Positions 25,401 through 41,100 of a stretch of DNA of 64,000 bases are shown piece by piece. A model generated the notes under the pieces. The model did not search any database, was not told the origin of the DNA, and was given only the letters and a program-made list of their open reading frames with translations. The stretch is from Bispira polyomma. Lineage: Eukaryota. The stretch spans positions 56,234,001 through 56,298,000 of the forward strand of contig OZ287749.1 of assembly GCA_965649765.1 (NCBI GenBank), written 5' to 3'. A program made the translations under genes and the position numbers. Numbering within the stretch: the first letter of the stretch is position 1; each line of letters begins with the position of its first letter.

Positions 25401-28400
25401 GTGGTTTAAATGTAAGAATAGCTTTTACACCCAAATTGAGTTAACATTGATTTAAGGTTATCTATCCCCAATAATTTAAACTCAATTTTACATTATACAA
25501 TTTTTAAATTGCAAACATGTTTTAATTAAATTGAATTTTTTCAAAGTGTTTGTTTTCCAATCAAAGATTTTTACATTTTGCACAAGAGGGTTTTAATTTT
25601 CTGTTGGCAGATTGTGCAATCAAATTATCGGCATTTGAGTTTCTATCGACAGAATTTCAAATTCTGTCAGATAATAATTTCTGTCACAACATATATATCA
25701 GTGTTGTGCCATGTTCTCAATGACTAATGAGTTTAGTCCATATACCCTGAATACCATCACAGAGGGATGTTATTCTACAGACATGGTATTGTTTTCATAA
25801 CTAGAGATGATACATACTGTGTATTGTGTATTGCAGATGATATTTGACCTTTTGTTCAATTCTCTATTTTTCCCCTCTTTATCTCTTTTTAGAACCCCTA
25901 TATAAAAATGTATAAAAATATGTTATAACATCCAAACACCATTAAGAATTCATGTCAGTCTCTTCTCCTGGGATCTGAGGTTTCTGCCAGACGACATTTA
26001 GAGAGCTGTTTTCAGTGGGTAGAGTGCTAGCTAGCAGTGTGTCATTTACAAGCTGTGCACGAATCCCTGTAGAAAGGGTGTAGGGGATTGTCGGCAGAAT
26101 TAGGGTACCAGCCTAATGGACATGTACAAGTGTATCACACATTTTGATTGGCTGGCAGATGCTTACCCAATGTATGAAGCAACAATTGTAGACCTTATCT
26201 TAGACAAAGTTCTACACATTCTTGTGTTGAATAATGTTAAAGTTAAAAAAAGTTCATATATAAAAAACTATTATGCTTGTATTTCGTTAAAGGTGTGTGT
26301 AATATTCAAAGTATATCATATTTTATATTTATGCATTACATTAGCCTTCAATTAACACATAAACAGCGACGTAAATCAAAGATAGGTCCATGAACTAACT
26401 CCTAGAGAACTGACCTAATTTAGTTGCTAATATTTGTATGATCCGCCTGGCTTTAGCCTTAAATGAAAATCTATTTTCAAATTCATATGTATACTCAGGA
26501 TCTCCCTGTTTTCTGGGTATTCAAGCACTAATTTACTTCAACCTTGCAACCGTAACATTGATTTAATTGGGATATTTAACGTCCGCTCTAGTACCTGCTT
26601 TAGGTTATATTGGGACGGGTAGTTGAAAACACTGAAGGAAACACTGCATACAGTTGATCAAGGTTCTGCACTGAAACCAGCGGCCCACAGTAAGGAACTA
26701 CCACCTTTCCCACATAGGCATCGACAGGATTCGAACTCACGCCGCCCAGAGGTGAGAAACCAGGGATTGTGAAGCGCATGCAACCGTAACAATTATTATG
26801 TTATTATTATACATTTTTAACACGCTTTTTTGATGCTAAGTATCTTCCAAAGTGCAACAATAGAATCAGTAAGGTAATTGTATAGTCCAAGGACACAGCA
26901 AGGTTATAAGGAAAAATGTGGGGTGTACAGGCGGGAACTAAGGTGGGTTTTTAGTGATATTAGGTCAACTGGGAGACTGTGCCATAACAAGAAAAAATTA
27001 AGAAAGCTCTGGATTCAGCCATCCTGGTGGGTTTAACAGAAGAAACAGAAAGTCTGTTACCTCTCTTCAGGTTACTGAAATAGAGAAGGAAAGTGACGTA
27101 GGACGACTGTTGATTGACTACAGCCTTAAATGTGGTAACATTCATTTTGAACAAAATTCTGTAGAGAATGGGAAGCGAGTGTAGTGTATTATTCCGAACT
27201 GAAGGGGGTTGCAGTAGTCAAGGCTACTACTAACAAGCGCATTTATCACAGTTATACCAGCTTGTGGTGACAAATGGTTTCTAATTATTTTAATGTCACG
27301 AATATGGTAATAGCAGGAGCGGCAGATGTTGCCAAAATGAGTGTCAAATAAGAAGGTAGAGTCAAAAGTGACACCAAGGGTTTTTTTCATTTTCAGAAGG
27401 TAATATATCTTTACCCAGAAGGGAAATGGGAAATAGCGATTTAAACAGCTCACTGTTTCTTATTTCCAATGAAAATAAATTCAGTTTTGTCAGGATTTAG
27501 TTTTAATTTGAAGTAATTCATCCATGGCTAGACAGAGGACAGACACTGAGGACCTTTTTATGAGACCATTTTATGATTTTCATATGTTTCTGTTTTTCGT
27601 GAATGTAGAATTTAATGTTACTGTATTTTGTATTCATTGTTTGTGTCTAAATTTATACTTGCTAATTAATAGCCCATTTATCTACCTTTAATCGGTTATT
27701 CAAAGTGCTAGTTAACCTTTTCTTTACTTGTTAAGTACATCCATGCAGCACCAGTAAGTGTAGAGCGATGTTTGATGGTTACCATTTATCAATATCCCCA
27801 AGGTTCATAAACCTGCCACTGAAAATGTGGGAGCCCATGGCAGGCGACCGTCATCTGAGCCACTAAGTGTATTTGTCTGTACCTGACTAAGACTAAGCTC
27901 AAACCCAGGTCTTCTGCATTCCTAAGTGATTGAGTTATCTACTAGGTCACAGTAGCTGATAAAATGACATTATATAAATTATCTGAAAAAGGTGAATTGA
28001 TTCAAAACAGAAGCAGCAAGTTTTGGACCACACTTCATACGTTTTATCTTTAGTGCTATCAAATTGCTCCGATATATTTTATACAGTAAATATATCATTT
28101 AATAGGGTCATGTAAAATATCTGCAAATCACGTTATGAAAGGTTTGGGTAAATAATAGCTCTGTGTTAATATTTGTGTGTGTGTGTGTATATAATTTAGT
28201 TAAACTATGTGTATCTATTACAAGTATGCCCGATTAGAAATTAACACATATGTTGTGTATTCCATTTTCACTAATAAATCTTTTGTATAATTTAGTTTAT
28301 ATCAAGGGACGCTTTATTACTTGACAGATCAAAATCCAGATAATTCCTTTCATAAACAGGCCTTTCATTTGTCAGATCCCTGTCGGACATATACGTAAAG

Positions 28401-29141
28401 TACACATGTGTGTATATATAGAGATATAATCTGTTATTATATGTATATATGTAATCCAATTAACCATATTAAGGTAAATTGTTTACTCAAGCTATTAAAA
28501 TAATAAAAGCTTGTCTATATTTATGTCAAGTCATGGCGAGTGGCACAAACAAACTTTTCCACAAATATTTATATGACTTAACAAGGTAGCATTGTTTTGT
28601 TTACATGTCAGATATTAGATTTCGGACGCAAAGACGTATTAGTAATCTACATACAGATGTATTTGCGGCTTTAGGCATTTAGCCTTAATCTTCTTTCAGT
28701 CTCGCTTTTAATAACTTTCCACGAAAAAAGTATTGCACTTTTTCTTGGCACATGATATGTTGCAACAGAATCCCTCTTTTCACGACCTTTCTGTTTTGCA
28801 GTGATTTAAAGACAAAAGCAGTTGATTTAATGTCCCAGAGTCTTTAAAGTGAACTACCCCATACAAAGCAAACTGGCCCTTTCTTGTAGTCATTTTAAGC
28901 TGGAGGCAGAATAAGGTAGTACTTAAACCCACCTTCATTGCCACTATCATTTCTATTAAGTGTTCAACATATTTAATATCTGGCCTATTTAGTACTTTAC
29001 ACACATACACAGGAAAAATATATATTTAACACATATATAAATTATACATACACTGATAGCAGTAAAAATGCCTACATTTTCTTATTTCATTTTCCCGCCT
29101 TGCTTACTTTAAGTGTCTCTAACCTAGGCATGAGGCTGGCA

Positions 29142-29172
<31 letters not shown>

Positions 29173-32100
29173 TTACATATCCATGGTGTCTGAATGTCTC
29201 AGATTTGATGAATGGTCTGACTGTGAGCTGTGATGCATAGATTTTACATAGTCATATTCCCCATAGATTTCCAGGGTTCTCAGGGTCAGCCATTGCTCAG
29301 TGGGTGGGTGTTGTTTTTATAATTCCTTTAGAGGGTTATTTTTTATCAGGCCCAGTCTGGTGTTGTTTTAATTTCTGAAAAGGGCACCACCATATAATAA
29401 ATATGTAAGGCCTTCATGGATTGGTTGGAAGCAATCGAATCGTCTAAACTGAGGAGTTGTCAGATTATTATTATCAGGCACAGCTGAGGGATGTCAGATT
29501 TGTCTGAGTATATAGTGGCCATATCAACGTTTGTGCATTTCACACTCTGTGCCTGTGTCTTGTTTAAATGACAAGTCTTGTTTAAGAGTTAGAATATAAA
29601 TATAGTCAAGCAGTCACCTTTATACAACACCTCCATCAGTGAATATTAACTAGGGTTTTATTGTCTTCTCAATATAATCACAAATTCAAAACCTAATTGA
29701 AGCACTTTTTGGGGGTGATTACTTAATAATCTTTACTGAGAGAATAGATATTTTCAAATATTTGTACATTGAGAATAAAAATGTAATATCAAAGATATAA
29801 ATTTATACAGAGAAAATCTTCTGGAACTCGACATTGGTTTTCTTTGACTTAATGGTTAGTCTTTTCTTAAGGAATTTACAAGTGCCTATCTATTCTTGGT
29901 GCATGCCGTTCTTGTATCTATTTAATGGCTTGGCGGCCACAACAATGAGTGTGACAGGTTATACAGACAGCCAATGTGCCTGTCTCTACAGTATTTGTTC
30001 CACCTTGAACTCCAAACACTCGAAATTGTGAAGACTAAGATTTCAAAAAGGGGATTATTTTATAAAAAGTGCTCAGAAAAGAGAGAAATCACAGTTCATT
30101 CTATCGTAGTCATGGTTTCAGCAACCACAAACAAGACAAACAAATAGACTCTTTCTTTAAATAGACCCACCAGAAGGGCTGGAACAAGGGGTATCTTAGT
30201 AACTGTCTCCTTATGATGGACAACCTACCATCTGAGATTAGATCACAAGAAACAAATTTCACTTTTAGCAGAAAATTTTTAAATTGCTTTCTTAGCCTAG
30301 GTTGTTTCATATTCCTGTGTTACATTATTCCTCACGAATTGGCTATGTCTTTTGCACTATCCTTTGGGACAATTCTAACTTACCAGTGTGTACAAATACC
30401 TGTAGCTTTGTATACTATAGTGCAAAAAGGCTAAACTCAAGGGAGATGTTGTCTACAATAAGCTGTCCCTCAGGGTTGGTATTGATAAACTGTCTTAGCT
30501 TGGTATTAATCCATATTCCAAAATGTGTGTGGGTCTGACCTTTTCACGGAAACTTTTCAAGCTTAATGCTGACTATGCACTTAAAACAAAGTTTAAGACT
30601 ACGACTTTTTATAAATATCAACGCTGGATAATTTTGTATCTCATGACAGCTACTTATTTGTTACATGTTTTAGACCAGCAACATACTACCAAAGTAGAGT
30701 GAAAGTTTTTTTTTATTGCATTTGTACAGGTACAATATCAGATAAATGGCTTCTGGGGGACCCTGAACATCTTAGGAATATAAATGACTTTCCTTTGTTA
30801 CTGCATTTGTGACAGAGCTTCAGGAGTTACAGAACACTGTTTTGTCCTTAAAAATCTGAATTTATGATATTTTAATACAAATACAGTGATCATTTTCTCC
30901 TTATCTGCAAATGCTTGTGGGGTATGAAGACTTTTATATGTATTATGTTAGACATTTTTGTATATGTTTTATAACATTCAATGAATATTTTATAATACTT
31001 GGGATTGTTCAAAGTTAAACGTTAGTTCTTACCAACAAAGATAATACAGACCTTTCCACAATATTCTCAATATCACATCAATGTCATTAATTCATGTATG
31101 CATATGACTAATGGATGTCCCAAGACTTGATTTTTGATGTCTTTATCTCCCTGACATATACTATACGTATTATAAATACCCTTCTTACCTGTGTATCAAA
31201 AGGAAACTGGTTCAGCTCCAGATACTCCAAGAAAGATCCCTTCACCCGTTTCTTCTCATAGACCATGGCCCTGCCCAATTCATCAAAGCTGACGGTATGC
31301 CAGGTTTCTTCCTTAATGTCTCCAAGGGCATTGTCAAGGGCCAGGTTAGCATTCCAGTACTCAGTCCAGTCCACATCATCCGGCTCCTTTATCCAATGAA
31401 AAGAAAAGTGCATGATTGATTCATTGATTGCTAGGGATTAACGTCGCTTTCAAGACATTGTATTGCTTATATCATGGCAGGCAGTTTTACAAGTGGCAGA
31501 AACCAGTGTATACCAGTTGGTCAAAATTCTAAACTGTAAATCACCAGACATCTGAAAGTAACTGCTAATTTTCCCACATAAAGCCGCATCTGTGATTGGA
31601 ACCGACATTGAGTGTGTTAACCGCTATGCCACCAACCCCCCTAACAAAGCGCAAAAAACTTGAGTCATTTGAAAGGAAGTGTACCTAACAATGGGAATAA
31701 ATGTATTTAATAATAAGTAAGTGACTAATAGGTACTACAGTTTTTTTGGGCGTTGGTGGTGTAATGCGACACACTTGACTCCCACCTCTGTCATCGTGGC
31801 TTTCAAAGCTTGGCCCTGGCATGTATTAGTTACTGCAGGTCACGGCATGACTGTTCAGTCATATACCTTTAAGGTAAACACTTGACAACAAATTGTTTAT
31901 TGTCTCATACAATGCAACCAAATACACCTCAACCAATATAATATCTTGTTTTTTACTGGGAGACTTATTCCCGCTTTTGTCATTGTGTGGGCATTAACAA
32001 ACTGAAAAGCGAAATGTACACATGAGAAATTAATGGAAAATATGCAGCCATATTAAATAATTTGTATTTTAGAAGGAAAAACAACTTTAATAATTTTTGG

Positions 32101-35100
32101 TGGAACTAATTTTAGTTATTAGTCATCACTGTTCTTTTATGGCAAGGTGTATGAAACGACAAATGTCACCAAAATAAGCAATTTTCTCCAGATGTAATAC
32201 TTCACACACCAGACTAGTAGGAAACAGATGCAAGTGTACGTTAGAATCAAGAGTTTCATACAGGCCCACATTAGAATCAACAGTTTTGCACACAGAGAGC
32301 ACACAAACAGATAAAATAGACAACACTTCCACGATGTCTTAAGGCACTCTGCTTTGAAACAGAATGAGGTCAGCCAGCGCCTGGCCCAGTACAAATCATA
32401 GGCAGCATGAAAATTTACAGGGTAAGCTCATGTCTAAAAGGAAATCAGGCAGGTTTAATATGAACTCTGCTCAACAGACCCTATGTTAAGGTGGCTGAAC
32501 GAGAGATGCTTTGCAGGTGTCGAAAGCAAACACATACCATACGATGATTTATCCATCGCTTAATTTGCAGTTGGGCAAATTCAATCTCACAAGCTATGCT
32601 TTAACAGTTAGACGAGTCTCTAAAGAATGCAGTGAGCATTTCTTGGCATAGTGTACGAGGGACTTTCACCAGCAACATGGAAGAAGGATTATCCTGGACA
32701 GACGAGACAAAATGGACTAGGAATAGACTCTCATATTCAATTCAATTCAACCACGACAGACAATTCTAGTAGTAAAACAGAAATTCCATGTTGACATTTT
32801 TAACGTAGTCAGTCTTACCACAAATCAAATCACAAGCATATGTTAGAAACAACAGTTTCATGGAAACACACATTAGAATCAACAGTTTTGTACGCATAGA
32901 TCCCTAAACCAGATGAAATAGACAACAATAACATTTACAACCAGATGAAATATACAAAAATGACATTTAAAAATCACTCTATGAATGGAAAATGTGATGA
33001 TGAAAACCCTTCCTAAAACTGTGACAAAGTTTAAAAGTGACTTTTCGGATCTCAGAACTCGAGAAGTAATGAAAGTAATCAAAGAAAATGCAAAATGCAA
33101 AGCTTAAGAAATAGCTGACCACAATCCATACACTATGGCGAATCCATACCAGCATCCATTGGTGTTACAAAATGGACTATGAATTGACTCTCATATCCAT
33201 TTAAACCATGACGGATATTCTAGTAGTAAAAAAGAAATGTCATGTTGATATGTCCAATGTAGTCCAACACAAAGCGGATCACAGAACCGCAATGATCAGA
33301 GACCTCTGCCACAAAAGGACGAATAATTTTGTATATGTGTGAAAGTACTGGTAAGAATAGTTGCATTATTAGCAAAACTGAACTATTAGAAAACAATAAA
33401 AATTTACTTAGGGAGAACAATTATGAGAATTTTGATTTATAGTTTAAAAGTACTATAAACAAGAGTTAACAGACTGATATTGATTGTAATGATAATGTCA
33501 GCTGTAACTATTATACAGTTGACACGTATTTTAACTATTGACATAATTTGATCTAATTGATTACAATACGATTTTTCAATATAATATTATGAAAGATGCC
33601 GTTTACATGTACAACAAGTACAAAACTACCATTCTGCTAACATTTACCCAAAAGAAAAAAATGACTATTTCATAGCAAAAATAAAATAGGATGCAATAAT
33701 AGGGCCAATTGAAGGTAAATTACATCACTGTTTGCCCTTTTTGATAAGACAAAAAGGCAGTAATAAACATAGACTAATACTAAACCTGTTATACCCACAG
33801 GGATATTTAGTCAATGACTATTTATTTAATACTAAACATCACAACATCGAATTTAAGTTAATACTCCCAACAAGTGACCAATAACAGGACACATAAGTAA
33901 ACTCGGAAGTACAGCAATGTTAGCAATGGTCGGCATTGCTCACGCATTTCGTAACTTAGGAGTGGACCTAAAGTTAGGTTACCAATGGAAAAATTTTGGA
34001 TCTAACCACAACTTTTAGTTTAATGCATGGCACAGCCAAATTTGTGACGGCCTCAGGCGCAGTTACATATATTATTTTAGAAAATGGTTATAAAGTGTGG
34101 AACTACATCGGCGATTTAATAATTTGTGAATCCAAAGATACAACCACTTTATCTTAGAAATTTTCACAAAACATTTTTGAACAAACTAGGCCTTCCAATT
34201 AATAAAAATAAACTGGTTCCACCCAGTAAAGGGTCATTTACATTGGAAATAACAATCGATTAGAAAGAAACCCTCAGCATAGGCAATGACAAGTTAGAAT
34301 TAATTGATGCAACATGAACAAAATTCAGTAAGTTACGAAAAACCATTAACAATCTCTATTAGACAAGCTACTCTATAGACTTAGCTGTAAAAAACCATTG
34401 TGTTTTGCTAAAAACATAAAGAACATAATAAGTGCAAATTGTGTGAATCATAACATACCCAATGACTTGATTCAATGATTCAATTTAAGTACTAATTTAA
34501 GACCACTATTACAGAGGGCAGTAGCCAGCCTCCAACAGACTTACACTCAAAGCTCATACTGTCAACATTTCTGTTTGCTTTTTTCGGTTTCCTCCGTATT
34601 TCAAATCTCACCTCAACTTTGATCCAACTAAACATATCACAAGATCTGACATAATCGTTGCTCCCCTGGGAAAACAACTAATTTTACACTGGTCAAAATT
34701 GCACCAAAGGCGAGTTTCACACAATAATTTTTAACTACCAAAACTAATGGCCTGGTCACACCTACACATACTAAGTTATTTTAACTGAAAACGTGGTAGC
34801 TTTGTGTCAAAGTGGCGTCATTTTCATAAAGAGAAGTCCATTGTGACATTTTTGTGACGTTTCATAACGTTTCGTGATGATGTTAGTACTTATACACATG
34901 GAGTAAGGGCAAAAAACGAACCCGTTACTGGTAGGATGCCAATACCTACTACTACGCAAAGCTACTGACTTCTACTTACTGATGCGTTCTGCTTCATTCT
35001 TCCTCGCTACCTTATGGAAACGTTCCAGGACAAACAGAGAAACAGGAGCTGTCACACGATTGTTTTAAACTGTTTGAAACAATCAAAGCAGCAGAGGAAA

Positions 35101-38100
35101 CGAAATGTTTCTGGAACGATACCATCCATTAATCAACGTCATGGAACGAACGCACCAGAGATCCTCACTTTCTACTACATTTTAAAACGTTTCCAAAATT
35201 AACACAACATGACACAAACATAGCTCTAGAACGTGTAGGTGTGACCAGGTCATAAGCAACAGCTGGCTATGTGGGAAAATACTATCAGCACTAAACATCT
35301 CTCTGCAAGGTCACTTCTTGCATTGCTTCAGAAGGTCAATATTAACTTCAACACATTCAAACACATGGTTATTGGAAGTCTGATGCTGTTTGTTCCCACA
35401 TAGAGTGCACCTCACATGCTTCCTCTATTAACCCTTCCACCTTTGCCTCTATCATTCCACCTTTTTGTAGTTTGGCTTTGGCATTTCTCTTAAAATTTGA
35501 GTACAGTTGTATATATATAGAGAGAGAGGTGAGGTTTTATAAATAAATGTATTTAAGCCACAGACTTTCACGTTCAAAGGTCAAAACCTCATGCACATCT
35601 CATACCTCAGATCAAAGCTCAGCTAAGCTATATCATATCTGACCTTCAGGTTTTACCTCCTTGACCTGAGGTCAAAACATAACATTTAGTCACATATTTG
35701 AAACGATTGTATTAGTAACTGCATGTCACAGCATGACAGTTCAGTCGTGCAAATATAGACCTTTACGGTAAAACACCTAACAACAAATTGTTTATTTGTA
35801 TCACCCAATAAAAACAAATACACCACAACTAATACCTTGTTATTTAATGAGGGACTTATTCCTGCCTTTATCAGTGTGTGGGCATTAACAAACTGGAAAG
35901 CAAAGTGTACACACATGGGAAACTAACCCACCCTCCTATGGGTTATGTGTATGTCTAGTAGAGTTGGTATTATCCTCCGTATTGTATTTTAATTGACCCT
36001 ACTATTGACATTTCTCTAAATATTAAATTTCCTAAAATTCATGTACAGTTGTGTATATAGAAGCAAGGTTTTATAAATAAATTTATCCCAAACAGCTTTT
36101 AGACTTTTTCCCTTCGAATGTCAAAAGCTCACACTCATCACTCATCAAATAGCCTTATATGATGTAAATATAAAAAGAAATACATTTAATAAGGCGAAAC
36201 TGTTGGGTAAATAAAAACACCAAACTGAGATCTAGGTCTTTGAAGAAAATGTACTTTTAATGTCCTGTTACTTATAAAATTGTAACTGGTTTGATGCACT
36301 GGTAGTATATCCTTCTACCGTTAATTATGGTAACTCAACTGCAGGTATTGGCAGTTCATTAAATCTATTTAATGAATGATAAATTCAAACTGCTAGTAAG
36401 CATTTATTTAACATGCTGAAAGGAATATAAATTTCTGTTTTAAAGTATCTGCCTAGATCTCATAAAAAACATGGCGTCTTCCAGACTGCAAATGGGAATA
36501 CATGGTGAGACAGCAAAGAATGCTAGATTGTCCCATTGTGTATAATTTGTCTTTAGATACTACTCTTAGTAAGAAGTATATATGTGTGTCCCTTCTTTTA
36601 GGTCAACTTTTATCAAGGACTGGATTATAAAAACAAAAACATCATTACCTTTAAATGCCCACAAGAGAGATATTTGATATAGTCAGTATACTAAGCTTGG
36701 GATGTATTTTTGATTTTGATTGATATTTTTATCAGTCTATTTACTCATCAGGTGCATATCAAGTGGTTGAACACCCAATTTAAATTCTTACTGCTTCCAA
36801 TAGATATATTGACCTGACCATATTGAATAATCGTAAACAAGAGTTGTCTTTTTAAAAAGACACAGGAGCATAGTGTGAAATATACTAACGTTGATATGAC
36901 CACTATATATACGCAGGCCCCTAAAGCTGTAAAAGATAACAATAAATCTGACACCGCTCAGTTTGCTTGGGTCAATTGCTTCCAACCAATCCATGAAGGC
37001 CTTGCATATTTCTAGGATGGCAGATAGGCATATGCCTACACAAGTACTAAACAGTGGCTTTTAAGCTTCAATGTTGATGACTGTGTAATACAGACAGATG
37101 CCCACTGATGGCGGTACTTACAGTGTCCTTCTTATTGTCCAGTCTGGGTTCCCTCCATCGGCCATGGATGAACACATCGGCAGCGTATTTCTCATGGATT
37201 GTGTCGATCTCACCAATTTTAAGGAACACCACTCGAACATAGACTGTACGCTGTAAGAACATAGAAGATAGAATATGGAATTTATTAAGGTTTTACATCA
37301 CTTTTAACAGATTAGGTCAACATTACGACTGCCAGATCAACTGTTAATTGCATTAATATTACCCAATTGATTTTATATTCATAGTTATTTAATAATAGTT
37401 ATTTACTTGTTATTTTTAATGTTAATAATTTATGTTCTCGAATTCAGTGGAAGAAAAGAAAGACATAATACTTACTGATATGATATTATTAATATGTTAT
37501 GGCAAAAATTGAATGGCAACAAATTACATATTATTTCTTTTCTTGTGAATGCAATCTTAAGTTTATAACTAACAAAGTATTCAATTGCAACAGAAACAAA
37601 ATGGCTGAAAATTTTAGGCATATTGCATGTAATGACTGATTTCGCAGATTGACTGTAAATTTAGGTATATTACTATATTAGGTACACAACACAGTGTTAG
37701 ATTAAAGTCACATCTGTTTTAACATGGCCTTTCAGTTTTAATAACAGGCAACATCCACTTTATAATAACAAAAATAGATTTGGTGTGACTTTTTATAATG
37801 CTATTCTTATACTGAGTACTAAATGTACATCTTCATTAAGACTTCAATGTATTGAATGGATAGTAAGCTAATATAAAATAAAGTGATGTATTATAGTTGA
37901 GCTTACATTACTACTGCTGCTAATTAATGGTAGACGGCTTATGATAACACCACAGCAAAAAGATAAACACATGATGTCACACTGATCAATATTACAAGAG
38001 ATTAGGGAAATTTACATTGACAATAAAAAAATCCATGTAATAATACAACAAAAATTAGTGTGAAATCAACTGATACATTCAGCTTGTATTTAAGACTTAT

Positions 38101-41100
38101 ATTTTAAGAAACTTTATCAGTAATCTAAAGTTATTGGAGATTTAAAAAACAATAATAGGTTATTTCTTGCTTGAAGGACATTGCATAAAGATGGATGTTT
38201 TGAGGGTTGTCCTGTGCAAGCCAAAAGATGAGAAAGTATAAAGACACTCCCATTGTACACAATTAGTAATTTGTATCCAACACACTGCATTTAGAGTTAA
38301 TTGATGAAGCCTTAGCAACACATTAGGATACCGTAGAGTTCTGCACCACCCTTATTGTAATTACAATAAATGACAGCTTGTTATGCTGCTTCAGCATAGT
38401 GACACAGTGCAACGTATACGATATCTTGAAAACCATAGGAAAAATAGTGGATAATCAAAGCACAGCATTACAAACCAGGTGCATGTGTATATTTAAAGAA
38501 TTGTGACACTTACTGGTCGAGCCTCCTTCTAAAAAAAGAAAACAACAACAACAGAGCAATAACAAAAAGTACTCAGATCATAACTAGGACTTGAGAGAAG
38601 CCAAATATTAGACATTTACTTCTCTCTAAAGGTTAAACATCGCCAGAAATGCATTTGCACAGGTGCAAATTTGTATGTTGAAGGAATAACTTGCAAAGTA
38701 GGGTATACTCTTGGTGTGTAGAAACACCTTCACCTTTTCTAATGTGACAAATTATAATTGTTACCTGATTCAAGCTTTTGTTACTGCAAAATTGTGATAT
38801 TTAAGAAAATATATCTCCTGGACATCAAATACACTACAGACGAAATTAGTCTATTTTCGTCTATGTGTATTCCGTTATTTTTACCGTAGTATTAGGCCAA
38901 TCAGAATTGCAGACACAGCCGTGTCATGTTAGAATATGTAATAAACCATAAAAAGTTTCCTTGTCTTTTGACATCACATAAATTACAAATCTATTGATTG
39001 TATGTACTGTGTATGCTCAAACGAGCCCATCTACCTTTTGGACGCCACACAGTGCGTATGATTTTGGAAAACAAGTGACGGTAGTTGATGCAATGCATGT
39101 AATGAGTTTATGTACTGCTTTAAATTATAAAACCTTTTCTTGGTTTTATGCACATATGCCTGATGAGTTTCAGGCTTAAACTAACAGAAAATATATTACA
39201 CGTGCACATAAACATTATCATGTCATATGCATACAAACCCAATCTCTTTTATTATTTTCTTATTCTCGCTGACAGGTTTTTATTGACGGAATGATTACTT
39301 GTAATTTTACTGCCCAAGTTGTAGCATGCTAAGAAGGACTGAGGGTCCATAATGAAATTGAATATTGCCCATTATTAAGTAGCGACTACTGTGTCATACT
39401 TAATATAACATACTGTTCCAAAAATTTGATTAAGGGATAAACACATGATTAAACACATGATTATTATTTACATATATAATTATGCTTATGACAAAATAAC
39501 ATGATATTGATCATGGTAGAAAGCATTACCAATTTAACTTTAAGTCCTCTTTTTCAACATTTCTGGGATATTTTGTCACATCTAGAACAGAATTAATACA
39601 TTGAGTCTGAGTGTGTTAATGGCTAGTCTTTATGAGCAAGTAGGGTAATGTGAATAATCAGAGCATTGGGGGGGGGGGGTGTTTGAGTACACCTGTCAAA
39701 GTTGTTATTGTATATTGGTAGTCTGTTTTTATTGCATATGCAGTACCCCTAGCTAAAGAATCATTTACTACAGGCCATTTAGCTTCCATACCAGATCTAC
39801 TACATGAAATATAAAACTTTATTTATCTAAAAAATTCTTGCAGGCATTGCTGTTATTCACAGATAGAGCTTATCAGTGTCATTATTAATCATCCTTTTGT
39901 AAGTATGTTTTGAGTTTCAAATTCTATACAGAAACTAAAGTTAGTATCTTTTTGTTAGTAATTTTATCAATATTTTATATTTGTCATACAATGTTTAACA
40001 TACAAATAAATGAAATTTTTCATTAAACCCTTACAGAATCTGACAGCATTTTCTAGAACGAAAATGTTATTCAAAGTATACAGATTTCTACTACTGTCAA
40101 ACTGTCTAAGAGGACAACTATTTCAAAGGCCCTTATAATGTCATATTTTAACAGCTGACACCGGGCTAAGTATGTGGGAGCACACACGCCTCCCACACCT
40201 TTGCTGTTGTTGGTTCCAATCTCAATCCTGGCATGTAAGTGGAAAAGTTGGTAGTAGACATGCTGGACATTGGCAGTTTGTAAAGTACAGAATACCTTCA
40301 CTAACTACCCCGCTCTGATTTCCCCCGACGGTGGTCTGAGACAAGACGTGTTGAAAAGGATGTTAAACCCAAACTAAACAGGTAACACTGGATTGCTTTT
40401 ACACCTAATGCTTTAAAAATTGGTCAGACATAAAGGTCAAGTCCATAAACCTCATTTCTTGATTGAAGTATACTGTTATTGACCTGTAAAAAATATGTAA
40501 TTTTTTTCCAGACACATTTTTCTTGGTTTAAATGTCATAAAAAAGGAACAGCTTTGCCTCTTTCCCTATTTGCTAAATGAAAAACTCGATGCAGATACAG
40601 TTACAACAGTACAGTGTAGAAGAAAGTGCTGAGCTCATGGAGGGTTTAACGGCTGTATGAAGATTGAATATGTAGTCTCTAAGGTCAGACTCAATGCACC
40701 AATTATTCAAAAATTAAGATGAGTATTGAAAAGCCCTGTAAACTGAATGGTCCAATGTCCAAATCATGTGGACACCTAACTAACTTAGATTATGACAGCA
40801 GAGAACGCCTGTCGATTTCAAAAGGAAGACATAACTCAATTATTAAGAGAGAACACGGAAAAGGACTCCAGTAAATCCCACTTTCCAGTTTTCTTTGTTA
40901 GAAGCTGAAAGACTCTTAAATAAAACCCCTATCCTAAATAAACCTTTGTTGAGACGTCTGAAAGGCAATTTAAAGAAAAACCATGCAGTTCAATAATAAA
41001 GCTTATCTCAATTATTAGAAGTCAGACCAAAAACATAAACGTGAGTCTAATATTTATATAGCATCTTACCAATAATAAATATACAATATGCAATAATTAA

